64,000 nt of DNA from Minisyncoccia bacterium. GTDB lineage: Bacteria; Patescibacteriota; Minisyncoccia; Phycocordibacterales; PALSA-1337. Shown in pieces: positions 18,645 to 28,830 of this stretch (position 1 is the stretch's first letter; each line of letters starts with the position of its first letter). Location of the stretch: contig JBGAUV010000001.1 of NCBI GenBank assembly GCA_044228445.1, forward strand, positions 15,827 to 79,826. Reading direction: 5' to 3'. Below the pieces are notes generated by a model. The model saw only the letters and a list, made by a program, of their open reading frames with translations, searched no databases and was not told the origin of the DNA. The translations under genes and the position numbers were made by a program.

Positions 18645-21611
18645 TTATATACCGAATATTAGCTTGAAGGATTTAATTATTGAGGAATTAATTAATTCCA
18701 TATCATTATTTTCTATACCTAAAATATCAAATAGGGTCTTTTTATTTTCACTAGCAATTTTTGCTATATTAAATATGAATTGATTACTTTTTCCTTTTTC
18801 AGTTTCAATCGTAATTGGTATATCTTGTCCTACTGGATTATCGAAGATTACTAAATCTATTTCGATCTTATTTTGATCTTTTGTCTCTACATTTTTTAAT
18901 ACTCCATTTATACTAACTACATTTTTACCATTATTAAAGTTTATACCATTTATTATTAATTTATTTTTTTCTTGCACTATTGATAATATATATGGACTAA
19001 GTTCACCAACTATTACAAGAGGTTTGCCGATTTCTTGGTCTGATTTTTTTATTATATTTGAATAATTATTTTTTGAATCATACGCCCCCATTCCGCTAAA
19101 TGAGAAGCTGTACTGTCCTCTATATATACTTGTAGTTACCTCAGCATAAACATCAATTATTTTTTCTTCCCCTTTTTTCATAGCAAAGCCACTATTATTC
19201 TCCCCTTTGATTGGACCATAACCATAATAATTTTTACTCATACCCGGAACAAAATCTGGAACCAATCTAGTAGCAATTACATACAGATCCTTAACAACAA
19301 TATCTTCATACGCTTTTATTTTAACCTTAAAATCTAGTCTTATATTTTTCTCATTATTATTTCCATCGTATACAATCTTTGATGTAGAATTTGCAATATC
19401 TACAACTTCAGCAACACCAACAGTTTTATCTTTAAAATCACTTATTTCAAACTTATCACTAACTGAATTAATCTTTTTATTATCATTATTACTTACTCTA
19501 ATCTTATATATATCATTATCTATATTGTATGGAACTGCCCATCTAAATGTATGATTAGATATTTTTCCTGGATTTTCTACTACGGTATTTGATGATGTAA
19601 TTGTTTTTACTAAAGTTCTATTTCTAATATCATAAAGTTCAATTGACACATTACTAGAATTTCTTGATGACCATGTTATATCATAATTTTTAAACTTACT
19701 TATATCTCTATCAGAAAGCTGTACATCTTTTATAAGACTAACAGAGTTATCTACTATTTTACCTCTTGCATCATCTGACCCAGGAGTTGCAACAGTTGAA
19801 TTAACTAGACTAAGAATATTTGATTTATTTTCTTTTACTTTATATGAATTAAAACCATAACCAAAGTTTATCTTATCTATAACCGCATATACATTTCCAT
19901 TTATTGGTAATTCTTTTTGACTAGCCTCATCATAATATGTAGTGCCGGAATTAAATTCTGCACTGATAGTTATCGTTCTACCTTTTTTAAGTAAATAATA
20001 TGGTCCTGCATTTGGTTCAACCATATTTTGTATATCTGTAACAGTACCAATAGTTATAACTTTTCTACGTTCATCTATTATATTTTTATCATCAAAATAT
20101 AATTTAACAGTTAAGAAGCCATTTTTAGGTAAATTAATATCTTCTAGTGCTGTTAAGTTTATTTTAAAAGTCCCATGAATTTGAGGTGATTTCCAATTAG
20201 AATTATTGTATAAAATTATTTTTGGGTCATCTTTTATCTCTACAGATATATTTTTATCTTTTAGAATTATATTGCAGGAATTAAGAAATTTATTCATTTC
20301 AACATCTCTTTGAGTGTCTGAAGAATATATTGGTTTCATTTCAATCGGTATAAAGTTTTGTCCTAAAAAGTTTGCGAAATCCTTACTTAAATAATATTTT
20401 CTATACTCATTGAATGCTAGTTTCAAATATCTTTTCATATTTGTCTTATCCACATCAAATGGAAATTGATCTACCGCTAACTGCATTTTGTATAGATTAT
20501 TTATATCACCAAAAATCTCTCTGGTAGTATTATAGTATTGTTTTTTAATATTTGAATTGTTATTATCGTATGAATTTATCAAAACATCATCTATATAACT
20601 TGGTGAAATATATTTACAATCACTCATAGACATATCGAAACCATATGGTATTGCTTTCCATTTTTTAGTTGTTAAATCCATTCCATAATCTTCATTATGA
20701 AGCGTTGATCTATCTCCTATTTGCAAAAAATAGGTCAGTATTTTGTATTTAATCTGTGATTCAATATCCATATCAATATTTACAACTTTATTATTCTTTA
20801 CATCTTTATAACTTACAGTATATATGGAGTTTTTTTCGGTATAAGTTCCTACCCATTTATCAAATTTACCATCTTCAATTAAATTTTGATCGAGGTTAAA
20901 TTGTCTTGTAAAAGGAATTTGATCATCCTGTTCATTATCTCTTTGTAAAACAATATAGTTATATGTATTACCCTCATAACCTTTTGTTGGTGTCTTGATT
21001 TTTAAATTTGCAAAAGCTACAGGGTCAACACTTGGTACACCAAACAGTCTTAATATTTTATAAAATGAGTAGTCCATCAATTGAATATCAACTGTTTTAT
21101 TGAATCCAAAGTGATATTCATCATATAAAAAACCAGCAAAATCTAATAAATCACAATTAGAAACAAATCTCACCTTTTGATATTGCAATGTTTTATAACC
21201 TCCATATGTAGATAAACCACCGAACAATTCTTTAGGTTTGCCCTTACTATCAGTTTTATCAAAAGTGATATTAATCATAGGCGGCTGACAACTTGATCTA
21301 GCATGTCCCTTTTTTTCAAACTTTGTTTTCCATTTATTTATCTCTTTTCCTTTTGAATTGTATTCATATAACACAGAATCAGTATCTGTACTCCCGTCAG
21401 GGTTTACAATTTGTTCAACATCTTTATTTAATGTATCAAGAGTAAAGTTTCTAATTGGATACTTTATATCCTTATTAAGAGAACCGTCATTTATTTTGTT
21501 TTGTAAAAATAAATCATAACCATCTATTAAACCATCCTTATCCAAATCAACATTTTGAGCAAAAGAAATAATAGGAAAAATAAAAAACAAAACAAATAAG
21601 ATCTTTTTCAT
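18645..21611 (-). CDS. large secreted protein; CotH-like kinase region followed by Ig-like/IPT-TIG domains
   Basis: Signal peptide; DLDKDGLID Ca-loop-like motif; GD...HN..Y...KWKAIPYGFD resembles CotH catalytic motifs; beta-rich C-terminal half. Confidence 0.55.
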   Translation of the reverse strand: MKKILFVLFFIFPIISFAQNVDLDKDGLIDGYDLFLQNKINDGSLNKDIKYPIRNFTLDTLNKDVEQIVNPDGSTDTDSVLYEYNSKGKEINKWKTKFEKKGHARSSCQPPMINITFDKTDSKGKPKELFGGLSTYGGYKTLQYQKVRFVSNCDLLDFAGFLYDEYHFGFNKTVDIQLMDYSFYKILRLFGVPSVDPVAFANLKIKTPTKGYEGNTYNYIVLQRDNEQDDQIPFTRQFNLDQNLIEDGKFDKWVGTYTEKNSIYTVSYKDVKNNKVVNIDMDIESQIKYKILTYFLQIGDRSTLHNEDYGMDLTTKKWKAIPYGFDMSMSDCKYISPSYIDDVLINSYDNNNSNIKKQYYNTTREIFGDINNLYKMQLAVDQFPFDVDKTNMKRYLKLAFNEYRKYYLSKDFANFLGQNFIPIEMKPIYSSDTQRDVEMNKFLNSCNIILKDKNISVEIKDDPKIILYNNSNWKSPQIHGTFKINLTALEDINLPKNGFLTVKLYFDDKNIIDERRKVITIGTVTDIQNMVEPNAGPYYLLKKGRTITISAEFNSGTTYYDEASQKELPINGNVYAVIDKINFGYGFNSYKVKENKSNILSLVNSTVATPGSDDARGKIVDNSVSLIKDVQLSDRDISKFKNYDITWSSRNSSNVSIELYDIRNRTLVKTITSSNTVVENPGKISNHTFRWAVPYNIDNDIYKIRVSNNDNKKINSVSDKFEISDFKDKTVGVAEVVDIANSTSKIVYDGNNNEKNIRLDFKVKIKAYEDIVVKDLYVIATRLVPDFVPGMSKNYYGYGPIKGENNSGFAMKKGEEKIIDVYAEVTTSIYRGQYSFSFSGMGAYDSKNNYSNIIKKSDQEIGKPLVIVGELSPYILSIVQEKNKLIINGINFNNGKNVVSINGVLKNVETKDQNKIEIDLVIFDNPVGQDIPITIETEKGKSNQFIFNIAKIASENKKTLFDILGIENNDMELINSSIIKSFKLIFGI

Positions 21612-21657
21612 TTAAATATATTTATGAAATTTAATGATTATATTGTAACATGTTGTA

Positions 21658-22437
21658 ATGAAGAGATATTTCTTATTTATCCCCCATCTAATCATTTTGT
21701 TTATTATTTTGGTAATACTTGCCAATAGACTTGGTATTACAAATACAAAAGGAATTATCGATGAAACAAGTTCTTGTTATGAAAAAGGTGCATGTATAAA
21801 TACAGATTGGGAGAGGACTGAAGAATGGATCGTAGTAAAGAAAGCCTTGGTAAATGATTATGCGACTATAGCTAAAGTCTCAGAAATAACTAAAGTATCC
21901 CCAAAAATGATTATGGCAATAACCTCAGTAGAACAAATGCGTCTCTTTTTTGATGAAAGAGAAATATTTAAACTTGTATTTAAACCTTTAGGAAAACTCG
22001 GAATTCAAACGAATTTCTCTTGGGGAATAACTGGAATTAAAGAAAATACTGCGAGAAAAATTGAAAAAAACATAAAAGATAAGGATTCTATATTTTATCT
22101 AGGTAAAGATTTAGAAAATATACTAGATTTTCATACAAATAATATAGATAGCGAGAGATTTGATAGATTAACTGATAATAAAAGTAATTATTATTCGTAT
22201 TTATATACAGCTTTATTTATTAAACAAATTTATACTCAATGGGAAAAATCTGGATATAATATTAAAGATAAACCAGAGATACTTGGTACTTTATATAGTT
22301 TAGGATTTGAAAAATCTATTCCTAAGCTCAAACCCTTAGCAGGTGGATCAGTTATCAATATAAATGAAACTAAATATAGTTTCGGTGGACTTACCTATCA
22401 AATTTATAATAGTAAGAGTATTAATGAAATAAAATAA
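21658..22437 (+). CDS. membrane-anchored lysozyme/transglycosylase-like protein
   Basis: N-terminal TM; P.MIMAI.SVE and SWGITGIK..TA pattern resembles the lysozyme-like fold. Confidence 0.5.
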   Translation: MKRYFLFIPHLIILFIILVILANRLGITNTKGIIDETSSCYEKGACINTDWERTEEWIVVKKALVNDYATIAKVSEITKVSPKMIMAITSVEQMRLFFDEREIFKLVFKPLGKLGIQTNFSWGITGIKENTARKIEKNIKDKDSIFYLGKDLENILDFHTNNIDSERFDRLTDNKSNYYSYLYTALFIKQIYTQWEKSGYNIKDKPEILGTLYSLGFEKSIPKLKPLAGGSVININETKYSFGGLTYQIYNSKSINEIK

Positions 22438-22482
22438 AAACACCTACTTCAATCGGTGCTTTTATTTTAACTTTTTCAAATA

Positions 22483-23646
22483 TTATTTGAATATACCGAA
22501 TAGCAATTTCATAGAATCAATGACTGAACCGGTTAATAATGAAACGAAGCTGCCATTTTTTATATTAGAATTATCAACTTGTTCGACTAAAACTGTAGGT
22601 GTATACAATTTTTCCAAACCATTTGTAATTGAATATATTTCATTTATACCTCCAATATCAGTTAGAGATATTTTATTAATAGATATATTTCTATTGGCTC
22701 TTATTCCATCATTCTTCTTTATTATTCCATTTGTTGTAAACTTTCTATAACTTCCACTAGGAATTACAAATAATTCTGAACTATCTCCTGTTAGTGATGA
22801 TGGAATAGAATTTGTTGAAGAGAAAGTATAACTAGTACCAGGAGTAATATTTACACCAAAAGACTTACGTCCATTTTTACTTATATATACATCCTTATTA
22901 CTAATATTGTTTATTGTAAAATTAAAACTAAAACTTGCTGAGTCTGGAGACAAAGTACCGTTATCTACTGTTTGAATATTTGAACTCGCATCAGTTACAT
23001 AAGGTGTAGTTGATGATGCTAGAGTTATTGTTCCTGTAACAATAGATGAACTGGCTTCAACAGGAACTTGTCTATTCAAGCTATCAAAAGCCATTATAGA
23101 ATCATTACTTGGTGTAAGTCTCAAATATAGTTTTGTTCCATCTGGTACCCCAGGCTTTATATGTCCGTAAACAGAAACCTGTACAAAACTATCAATCGGT
23201 AAAGATTTATTCATATCAACTGACATGTGTAGTTGAGTTGTTGTAGTAGAATAATTATCAATTATTATGTCACTTAAAACTTCATTTGCTAGTTTTCCTC
23301 CTGAAGTTATGATATCAAACTTCAAATTTCTTAATGTAGAAGAAGTATTTTTTGATTTTATTTCAAAAATACCTAGATTTATTTGAGAACCAGGATTATA
23401 CAATACAGTTCTCGTCATAGGTGAAGCGGGAGATAATCTTGAATTAATTATTTTTGTCGAAGTACCAGTAATAACTGTACATGTATATCCTAGAGGACAA
23501 CCTACCGGCTGAATTGGTAATGGAGTACAAATATAGTTTATGGGACAGATAGGATTTGTTTGTGCTTTTACATCCTTATATCCAAATACTAAACCTAATA
23601 AAAATATTAGAAATAAAACAAATATTTTATGGGACTTTATATTCAT
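22483..23646 (-). CDS. secreted Ser/Thr-rich surface protein with N-terminal CPxxYxC repeats
   Basis: Signal peptide (MNIKSHK..VKA), two CPxxYxC units, beta-rich body; likely start 23646. Confidence 0.65.
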   Translation of the reverse strand: MNIKSHKIFVLFLIFLLGLVFGYKDVKAQTNPICPINYICTPLPIQPVGCPLGYTCTVITGTSTKIINSRLSPASPMTRTVLYNPGSQINLGIFEIKSKNTSSTLRNLKFDIITSGGKLANEVLSDIIIDNYSTTTTQLHMSVDMNKSLPIDSFVQVSVYGHIKPGVPDGTKLYLRLTPSNDSIMAFDSLNRQVPVEASSSIVTGTITLASSTTPYVTDASSNIQTVDNGTLSPDSASFSFNFTINNISNKDVYISKNGRKSFGVNITPGTSYTFSSTNSIPSSLTGDSSELFVIPSGSYRKFTTNGIIKKNDGIRANRNISINKISLTDIGGINEIYSITNGLEKLYTPTVLVEQVDNSNIKNGSFVSLLTGSVIDSMKLLFGIFK

Positions 23647-23739
23647 AAATAAAAAAATTAATATTACAAAATAAATTATAGCACAATACACACATATCAT
23701 ATGTGTGTATTGTTGATATTAATTAAATTATTTATTTAA

Positions 23740-25161
23740 TTACATTATTAATGAAGCCAAAGTTATGACAGAGTCAAAAACTGAAGCAACATAATGCCAA
23801 CCATTATTTTTTGTTACTGGGGCGGATTGTGAAATTACATTAAACTTCACTGTATAAACATCATCTCCCCACCAAATAACATCATAATATCCAGTCTTTG
23901 CATCATTTGGAACTGTGAATGTTATAACTTCATTGTTTGAATTTGTATAATTTACAAAACCATAACTTCCGAAGTTAAAATCTCCTAGAGTTACTGGTGA
24001 CTTTTTTGGATTGTTCAAAGTCAAAGTAACTTTTGTTCCTGGAGCACCTGATGCAGGATAAATTGATTTTATTCCTGGGGCAACAACTACCGCTGGTTGT
24101 ACACTTGCATTGGTTACTGATCCTTGTGTATTGTTTTGAATATTAGATTCATTTAATACTGTTGGAGCTATAACTTTGAATGTTGGAGAGAATACTCTTA
24201 CATTTCCTATTTCAACACCGATTCTTAAATCAGTATTTGTAAGCATATAATCTTCTACTTTCCAATCATATGATCTCTTTGTAGGATCAATATAACCTGT
24301 TCTTAGTGCTCCATATATATTTGGATTAGATGGAGACTGGAATATCAAAGTGAATCTAGCACTTTCAGGAACACCTGAAGCATTCCAATATATTGTATAT
24401 GTCTCCCCTTTTGTAACTGAAGTATTTTCAGTTACTTGAACTCCTGATGTTTTATTTACTATTTTTACATCAGTTATATTTGCATTCGCATAATATAATG
24501 TTTTTTCTGCTACGGGTGGAGTTGGTGGTAACTTTGGTCCAACATTTGCATTTGCACCTGCTGGTACTCCAAGTGGCTTAATATTACCGATACCATTATT
24601 ACATCCATACAATTTATTTAATCTAGCGCGTGTCATAGGCCCAACAAAACCTGTTGTAGGAATTCCATTTTGTCTTTGGAATTTTTTTACAGCATCTTTT
24701 GTTGATATTCCAAACACTGGATTCTTCAATTCTCTCTCACTATTATTTATATCTATATTTTCTTTATCTTCCAAAAGAGTTTGTAGATTAAATAGTGCAA
24801 TACCAGAATCTTTTTCTATTGGTACACCTATGTCCATATTTCTAGGGTCAAGATCAAAGTTAAATGTATAACAATACTTTGGATCTAGTTTTGTTACACT
24901 ACTCTTAACTTCTTCTTTACCACTTGTTGTATCCTCAATTTTAAATGAAGGATTAACAGTTCTTGTTTCTATCTTTGAACATATATAGCCCGCAGGACAA
25001 CCAACTGGTTGTTCAACTATAGGTCTACATGTATATCCTGCTGGACAAGCAATAGCATTTGTATTTGTTTCTGCAAATACTTCCTTTACTTGTGGCAATG
25101 AATAAGCAGCCACTGTAAGAATGGCTACTGCAAGAATATGTTTTTGATGTTGATTTAACAT
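23740..25161 (-). CDS. secreted peptidoglycan-binding protein with CPAGYxC repeats and IPT/TIG domain
   Basis: FGISTKDAVKKFQ...TGFVGPMTRARLN (PG_binding_1); IKSIYPASGAPGTKVTL (TIG). Confidence 0.8.
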   Translation of the reverse strand: MLNQHQKHILAVAILTVAAYSLPQVKEVFAETNTNAIACPAGYTCRPIVEQPVGCPAGYICSKIETRTVNPSFKIEDTTSGKEEVKSSVTKLDPKYCYTFNFDLDPRNMDIGVPIEKDSGIALFNLQTLLEDKENIDINNSERELKNPVFGISTKDAVKKFQRQNGIPTTGFVGPMTRARLNKLYGCNNGIGNIKPLGVPAGANANVGPKLPPTPPVAEKTLYYANANITDVKIVNKTSGVQVTENTSVTKGETYTIYWNASGVPESARFTLIFQSPSNPNIYGALRTGYIDPTKRSYDWKVEDYMLTNTDLRIGVEIGNVRVFSPTFKVIAPTVLNESNIQNNTQGSVTNASVQPAVVVAPGIKSIYPASGAPGTKVTLTLNNPKKSPVTLGDFNFGSYGFVNYTNSNNEVITFTVPNDAKTGYYDVIWWGDDVYTVKFNVISQSAPVTKNNGWHYVASVFDSVITLASLIM

Positions 25162-25380
25162 AGTTTGTTAATAATTTTAATAATCGCACAATATTTACGA
25201 ACCTAATTTCAAACCTACTTTTAAAAGTTATTTGATATATGATCAAATATTCAAGTAGTTTATAAAAAGAAAAATCGAGCCAGTTTCCTGTGCCCGTTTT
25301 CGAGTAGTGTCTCTTGCTTATAAGAATACTACTTAATATTTTTCTTTGCAATTGTAGTTATCCACAATTGCTATTTTATA

Positions 25381-27525
25381 TTATTTTCTAGCTTCTGCTA
25401 TTTCCTTTTCAATATTTGGTGGAACTACTTCATAGTGATCGAATTCCATTGTTGAGCTTCCTTGTCCTGAAGTCATAGAACGAAGCTGAGTAGTGTAACC
25501 GAACATTTCTGATAGAGGAACCTTGGCATGAAGTACCTTTGCTTGGCCTCTTTCTGTCATTTCTTCAATAGTACCTCGCTTTGACGAGATAGAACCTGTT
25601 ATATCACCCATATACTTTTCTGGGAATAGAACCTCTACCTTCATGATAGGCTCTAGTATAACTGGTCTTGCTCTTCTAGCAGCTTCTTGGAAAGCTTGTG
25701 AACCTGCTATCTTGTAAGCAATTTCTGATGAGTCAACATCGTGGTATGAACCGAATGTAAGTTCACAACTTACATTTACCATTTTGTATCCCGCAACAAT
25801 ACCTCTATCCATAGCTTCATGTACTCCCTTTTCAACTGCTGGAATAAATTCTTGTGGAATTACTCCTCCTTTAATTGAATCAATGAATTCAAAGTCATCA
25901 TAACGGCTAACATTTTTTGGAATCTTAGCTCCTGGTTCAATAGGCTTCATTGGAGATATTGTAATCTTCACGTGACCGTATTGTCCTTTACCTCCAGACT
26001 GCTTGATGTATTTATGTTCAGCTTCAGCAGTTCCAAGAATTGTTTCTCTGTATGCTACTTGTGGTTTACCAACATTTGCTTCAACACCGAATTCTCTCTT
26101 CATACGATCAACCATAATTTCAAGATGTAGTTCTCCCATACCTGCAATTAGTGTTTCTCCTGTTTCTGGGTTTGAACTTACTTTGAATGTTGGATCTTCA
26201 TTTGTAAGTTTACGAAGTGCCATACCCATTTTTTCTTGATCAGCTTTTGTCTTTGGTTCAATACGAAGTGATACCACAGGTTCTACGAATTTTATTGCTT
26301 CAAGAACAATTGGATTATTTTCATCACAGAATGTATGTGAAGTAAGTGCATCTTTTAATCCTACAGCAGCTGCAATTTCTCCTGCGAAAACTTTTTTAAC
26401 TTCTTCTCTCTTATCAGCTTGTAGACGAACAATACGTCCTAGTCTTTCTTTCTTTCCAGTTGTTGAGTTATATATATATGTACCTGCTTCTATTGTTCCA
26501 GAATAAACTCTAAAGAAAGTAAGTTGTCCTACGAATGGATCGTTTTGAAGTTTGAATGCTAGAGCTGCAAAAGGTTCTTCATCACTTGGTTTTCTTTCTA
26601 TTATTTCACCTGTATTTGGATTTGTACCTTTTACAGACTTTAGATCTGTAGGCGCTGGTAAATAATCAACAACAGCGTCAAGTACTAGTTGAACTCCAAC
26701 ATTTTTTAGAGCAGAACCTGTAAACACTGGGAATATTTTATTTTCAATTACCAGTTTTCTTATTTCAGCTTTTAGAACATCGACTGGAATTTCTTTTCCA
26801 TCCAAATACTGTTGCATAAGAGTATCATTATGTTCAACTGATTTTTCTATAAGTTCAGCATGATATTTTTTTGCATCGGCAAGATAAGCTTCTGGAATTT
26901 CTTTTTCTATAACATTAATTCCCTTTTCACCGTCAAAATAATAAGCCTTCATCTTTAATAGATCGATAACACCATTGTGTTCTCCTTCTGTACCTATTGG
27001 AATTTGGAATCTTACTGCTTTTTTATTTAGTCTTTCAAGGATAGATGCATATGATCTTTCAAATGATGCACCCATTCTATCCATCTTATTTATAAAACAT
27101 AGACGAGGCACATTACTTTCATCTGCATATCTCCAGTTTGTTTCTGATTGAGGTTCTACCCCTGCTACTCCATCAAAAACCACAACAGCACCGTCAAGAA
27201 CACGAAGAGATCTTTTTACTTCTACTGTAAAGTCAATGTGACCTGGTGTATCGATAACATTGAAACGAACCTTTTTTGAAGTATCTGTCTTTGGCATATA
27301 TGAAGGATTCCAAAAACATGTAATAGCAGCTGCGGTAATAGTAATACCTCTTTCTCTTTCCTGTTCCATCCAGTCAGTTGTAGTTGCACCATCGTGAACT
27401 TCACCAATCTTATGGATCATACCTGTATAATAAAGAATACGTTCTGATGTAGTAGTTTTACCAGCATCAATATGGGCTATAATTCCAAAATTTCTAACTT
27501 TTTCTAGTGGGTAATCGCGATTCAT
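25381..27525 (-). CDS. fusA: elongation factor G
   Basis: AHIDAGKTT, QERERGITI, DTPGH, GMGELHL. Confidence 0.99.
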   Translation of the reverse strand: MNRDYPLEKVRNFGIIAHIDAGKTTTSERILYYTGMIHKIGEVHDGATTTDWMEQERERGITITAAAITCFWNPSYMPKTDTSKKVRFNVIDTPGHIDFTVEVKRSLRVLDGAVVVFDGVAGVEPQSETNWRYADESNVPRLCFINKMDRMGASFERSYASILERLNKKAVRFQIPIGTEGEHNGVIDLLKMKAYYFDGEKGINVIEKEIPEAYLADAKKYHAELIEKSVEHNDTLMQQYLDGKEIPVDVLKAEIRKLVIENKIFPVFTGSALKNVGVQLVLDAVVDYLPAPTDLKSVKGTNPNTGEIIERKPSDEEPFAALAFKLQNDPFVGQLTFFRVYSGTIEAGTYIYNSTTGKKERLGRIVRLQADKREEVKKVFAGEIAAAVGLKDALTSHTFCDENNPIVLEAIKFVEPVVSLRIEPKTKADQEKMGMALRKLTNEDPTFKVSSNPETGETLIAGMGELHLEIMVDRMKREFGVEANVGKPQVAYRETILGTAEAEHKYIKQSGGKGQYGHVKITISPMKPIEPGAKIPKNVSRYDDFEFIDSIKGGVIPQEFIPAVEKGVHEAMDRGIVAGYKMVNVSCELTFGSYHDVDSSEIAYKIAGSQAFQEAARRARPVILEPIMKVEVLFPEKYMGDITGSISSKRGTIEEMTERGQAKVLHAKVPLSEMFGYTTQLRSMTSGQGSSTMEFDHYEVVPPNIEKEIAEARK

Positions 27526-27597
27526 AAATTAAAATTAATTTAAATAAATAAGTAGATTAAAGTTTAACACAATACAATACTAACCAAGAATACAAAC

Positions 27598-28068
27598 TTA
27601 CCAAGCAAAGTGAGCAAAGGCTTTGTTTGCTTCTGCCATCTTATGAGTATTTTCACGCTTCTTAACTGCTTCACCTTCATTCTTTGAAGCTAAGAATATT
27701 TCTTCAGCTAGTTTTTCTGATATTGGCTTTCCTTTTTTACTTCTAGCAGCTTCTACTATCCATTTCATTGATAGAGCTTGGCGTCTCTCTGGACGTACTT
27801 CACGAGGAACTTGATAGTTCGCACCTCCAACTCTACGAGAACGTACTTCCATAGCTGGCGCAGTGTTCTTTAGTGCTGTTTCAAAAACCTCAATAGGGTT
27901 TTCTACTTTTGCTTTTTCTTTTAGTATTTCAAAGCAATCATAAACAGCTTTTCTTGCTACTGTCTTTTTTCCCTCTTCCATTACATAGTTTATAAATTTT
28001 GAAACCTTTACTGAATCATAAACAGCTTCAGGCTTTATAACATGCTTATTACGTATTTTTCTTCTCAT
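27598..28068 (-). CDS. rpsG: 30S ribosomal protein S7
   Basis: [24 protein letters not shown]. Confidence 0.99.
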   Translation of the reverse strand: MRRKIRNKHVIKPEAVYDSVKVSKFINYVMEEGKKTVARKAVYDCFEILKEKAKVENPIEVFETALKNTAPAMEVRSRRVGGANYQVPREVRPERRQALSMKWIVEAARSKKGKPISEKLAEEIFLASKNEGEAVKKRENTHKMAEANKAFAHFAW

Positions 28069-28097
28069 TTTAGTTTTTATTTTCTAAATATAATAGA

Positions 28098-28517
28098 TTA
28101 AACCTTAGCAGCCTTTGGCTTTTTATTTCCGTACTGGCTTCTACCCTTTCTTCTCTTTTCTACTCCTCCTGCATCTAGAACACCACGAACTACTGAATAT
28201 CTAAGACCTACGTCCTTTACACGACCTCCTCTTAATAGAACAACTGAGTGTTCTTGCAGATTATGTCCTTCCCCTGGAATATATGCAGTTACTTCCATAC
28301 CATTACTTAGTCTTACTCTAGCAATCTTTCTAATAGCTGAGTTAGGCTTTTTTGGAGTCTTTGTTGTAACTTTTATACATACACCTCTTTTAAATGGAGA
28401 TGGGAAAAAGTTTGGACGATTTTTAATTGTATTAAAGCTCTTTGTTAGAGCAATAGACTTTGACTTACGCACAAAAGTCTTTCTTCTTCTCTTAATAAGT
28501 TGATTTATTGTTGGCAT
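28098..28517 (-). CDS. rpsL: 30S ribosomal protein S12
   Basis: [27 protein letters not shown]. Confidence 0.99.
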   Translation of the reverse strand: MPTINQLIKRRRKTFVRKSKSIALTKSFNTIKNRPNFFPSPFKRGVCIKVTTKTPKKPNSAIRKIARVRLSNGMEVTAYIPGEGHNLQEHSVVLLRGGRVKDVGLRYSVVRGVLDAGGVEKRRKGRSQYGNKKPKAAKV

Positions 28518-28533
28518 TATTTATTTATTTCAC

Positions 28534-28595
28534 CATAAAAGTGTACGCTTCACCGGCATATATATAGTATATAGACCGTGTTACTCACTTTTATG
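28534..28595 (-). promoter_or_regulatory. hairpin in rpsL 5' leader
   Basis: CATAAAAGTG/CACTTTTATG 10-bp stem plus inner CACGG/CCGGTG. Confidence 0.45.
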
Positions 28596-28647
28596 TTCTA
28601 TTAATGTACGTCTTTAAACGTGGGAATACTCTAACATATAGGTATAT

Positions 28648-28830
28648 AAAAGAAACGCGGCGGGGCCCCCGTGCCCCGCCGCTGCACCTTATTGAATCGA
28701 GCGCAATAAGATGCTCTGTCTAGGAACACAGGTATGAGCCGTTCCTGTGTCGGGTGAGGGTCTATGGACCTCACCCAATTCTTGCCTACACCACTGACTC
28801 GTGACCAATGTGTCGGCAAATTCAAAATCT
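28648..28830 (-). ncRNA. candidate ~180-nt multi-hairpin RNA upstream of rpsL
   Basis: TTGCCT..TATATT promoter (28864-28837); four serial hairpins; GC-rich terminator GCGGCGGGGC-ACGGGG-GCCCCGCCGC-GTTTCTTTT; G-U pairs favour the minus strand. Confidence 0.65.

Noticed and set aside
23684-23712. Perfect palindrome CAATACACACATAT-C-ATATGTGTGTATTG as a novel element
   Set aside because: Most simply a terminator/operator hairpin between two co-oriented genes; no second copy seen
28631-28825. 64-aa ORF upstream of rpsL
   Set aside because: TTG start, runs through a strong terminator, atypical composition; the region is better explained as RNA
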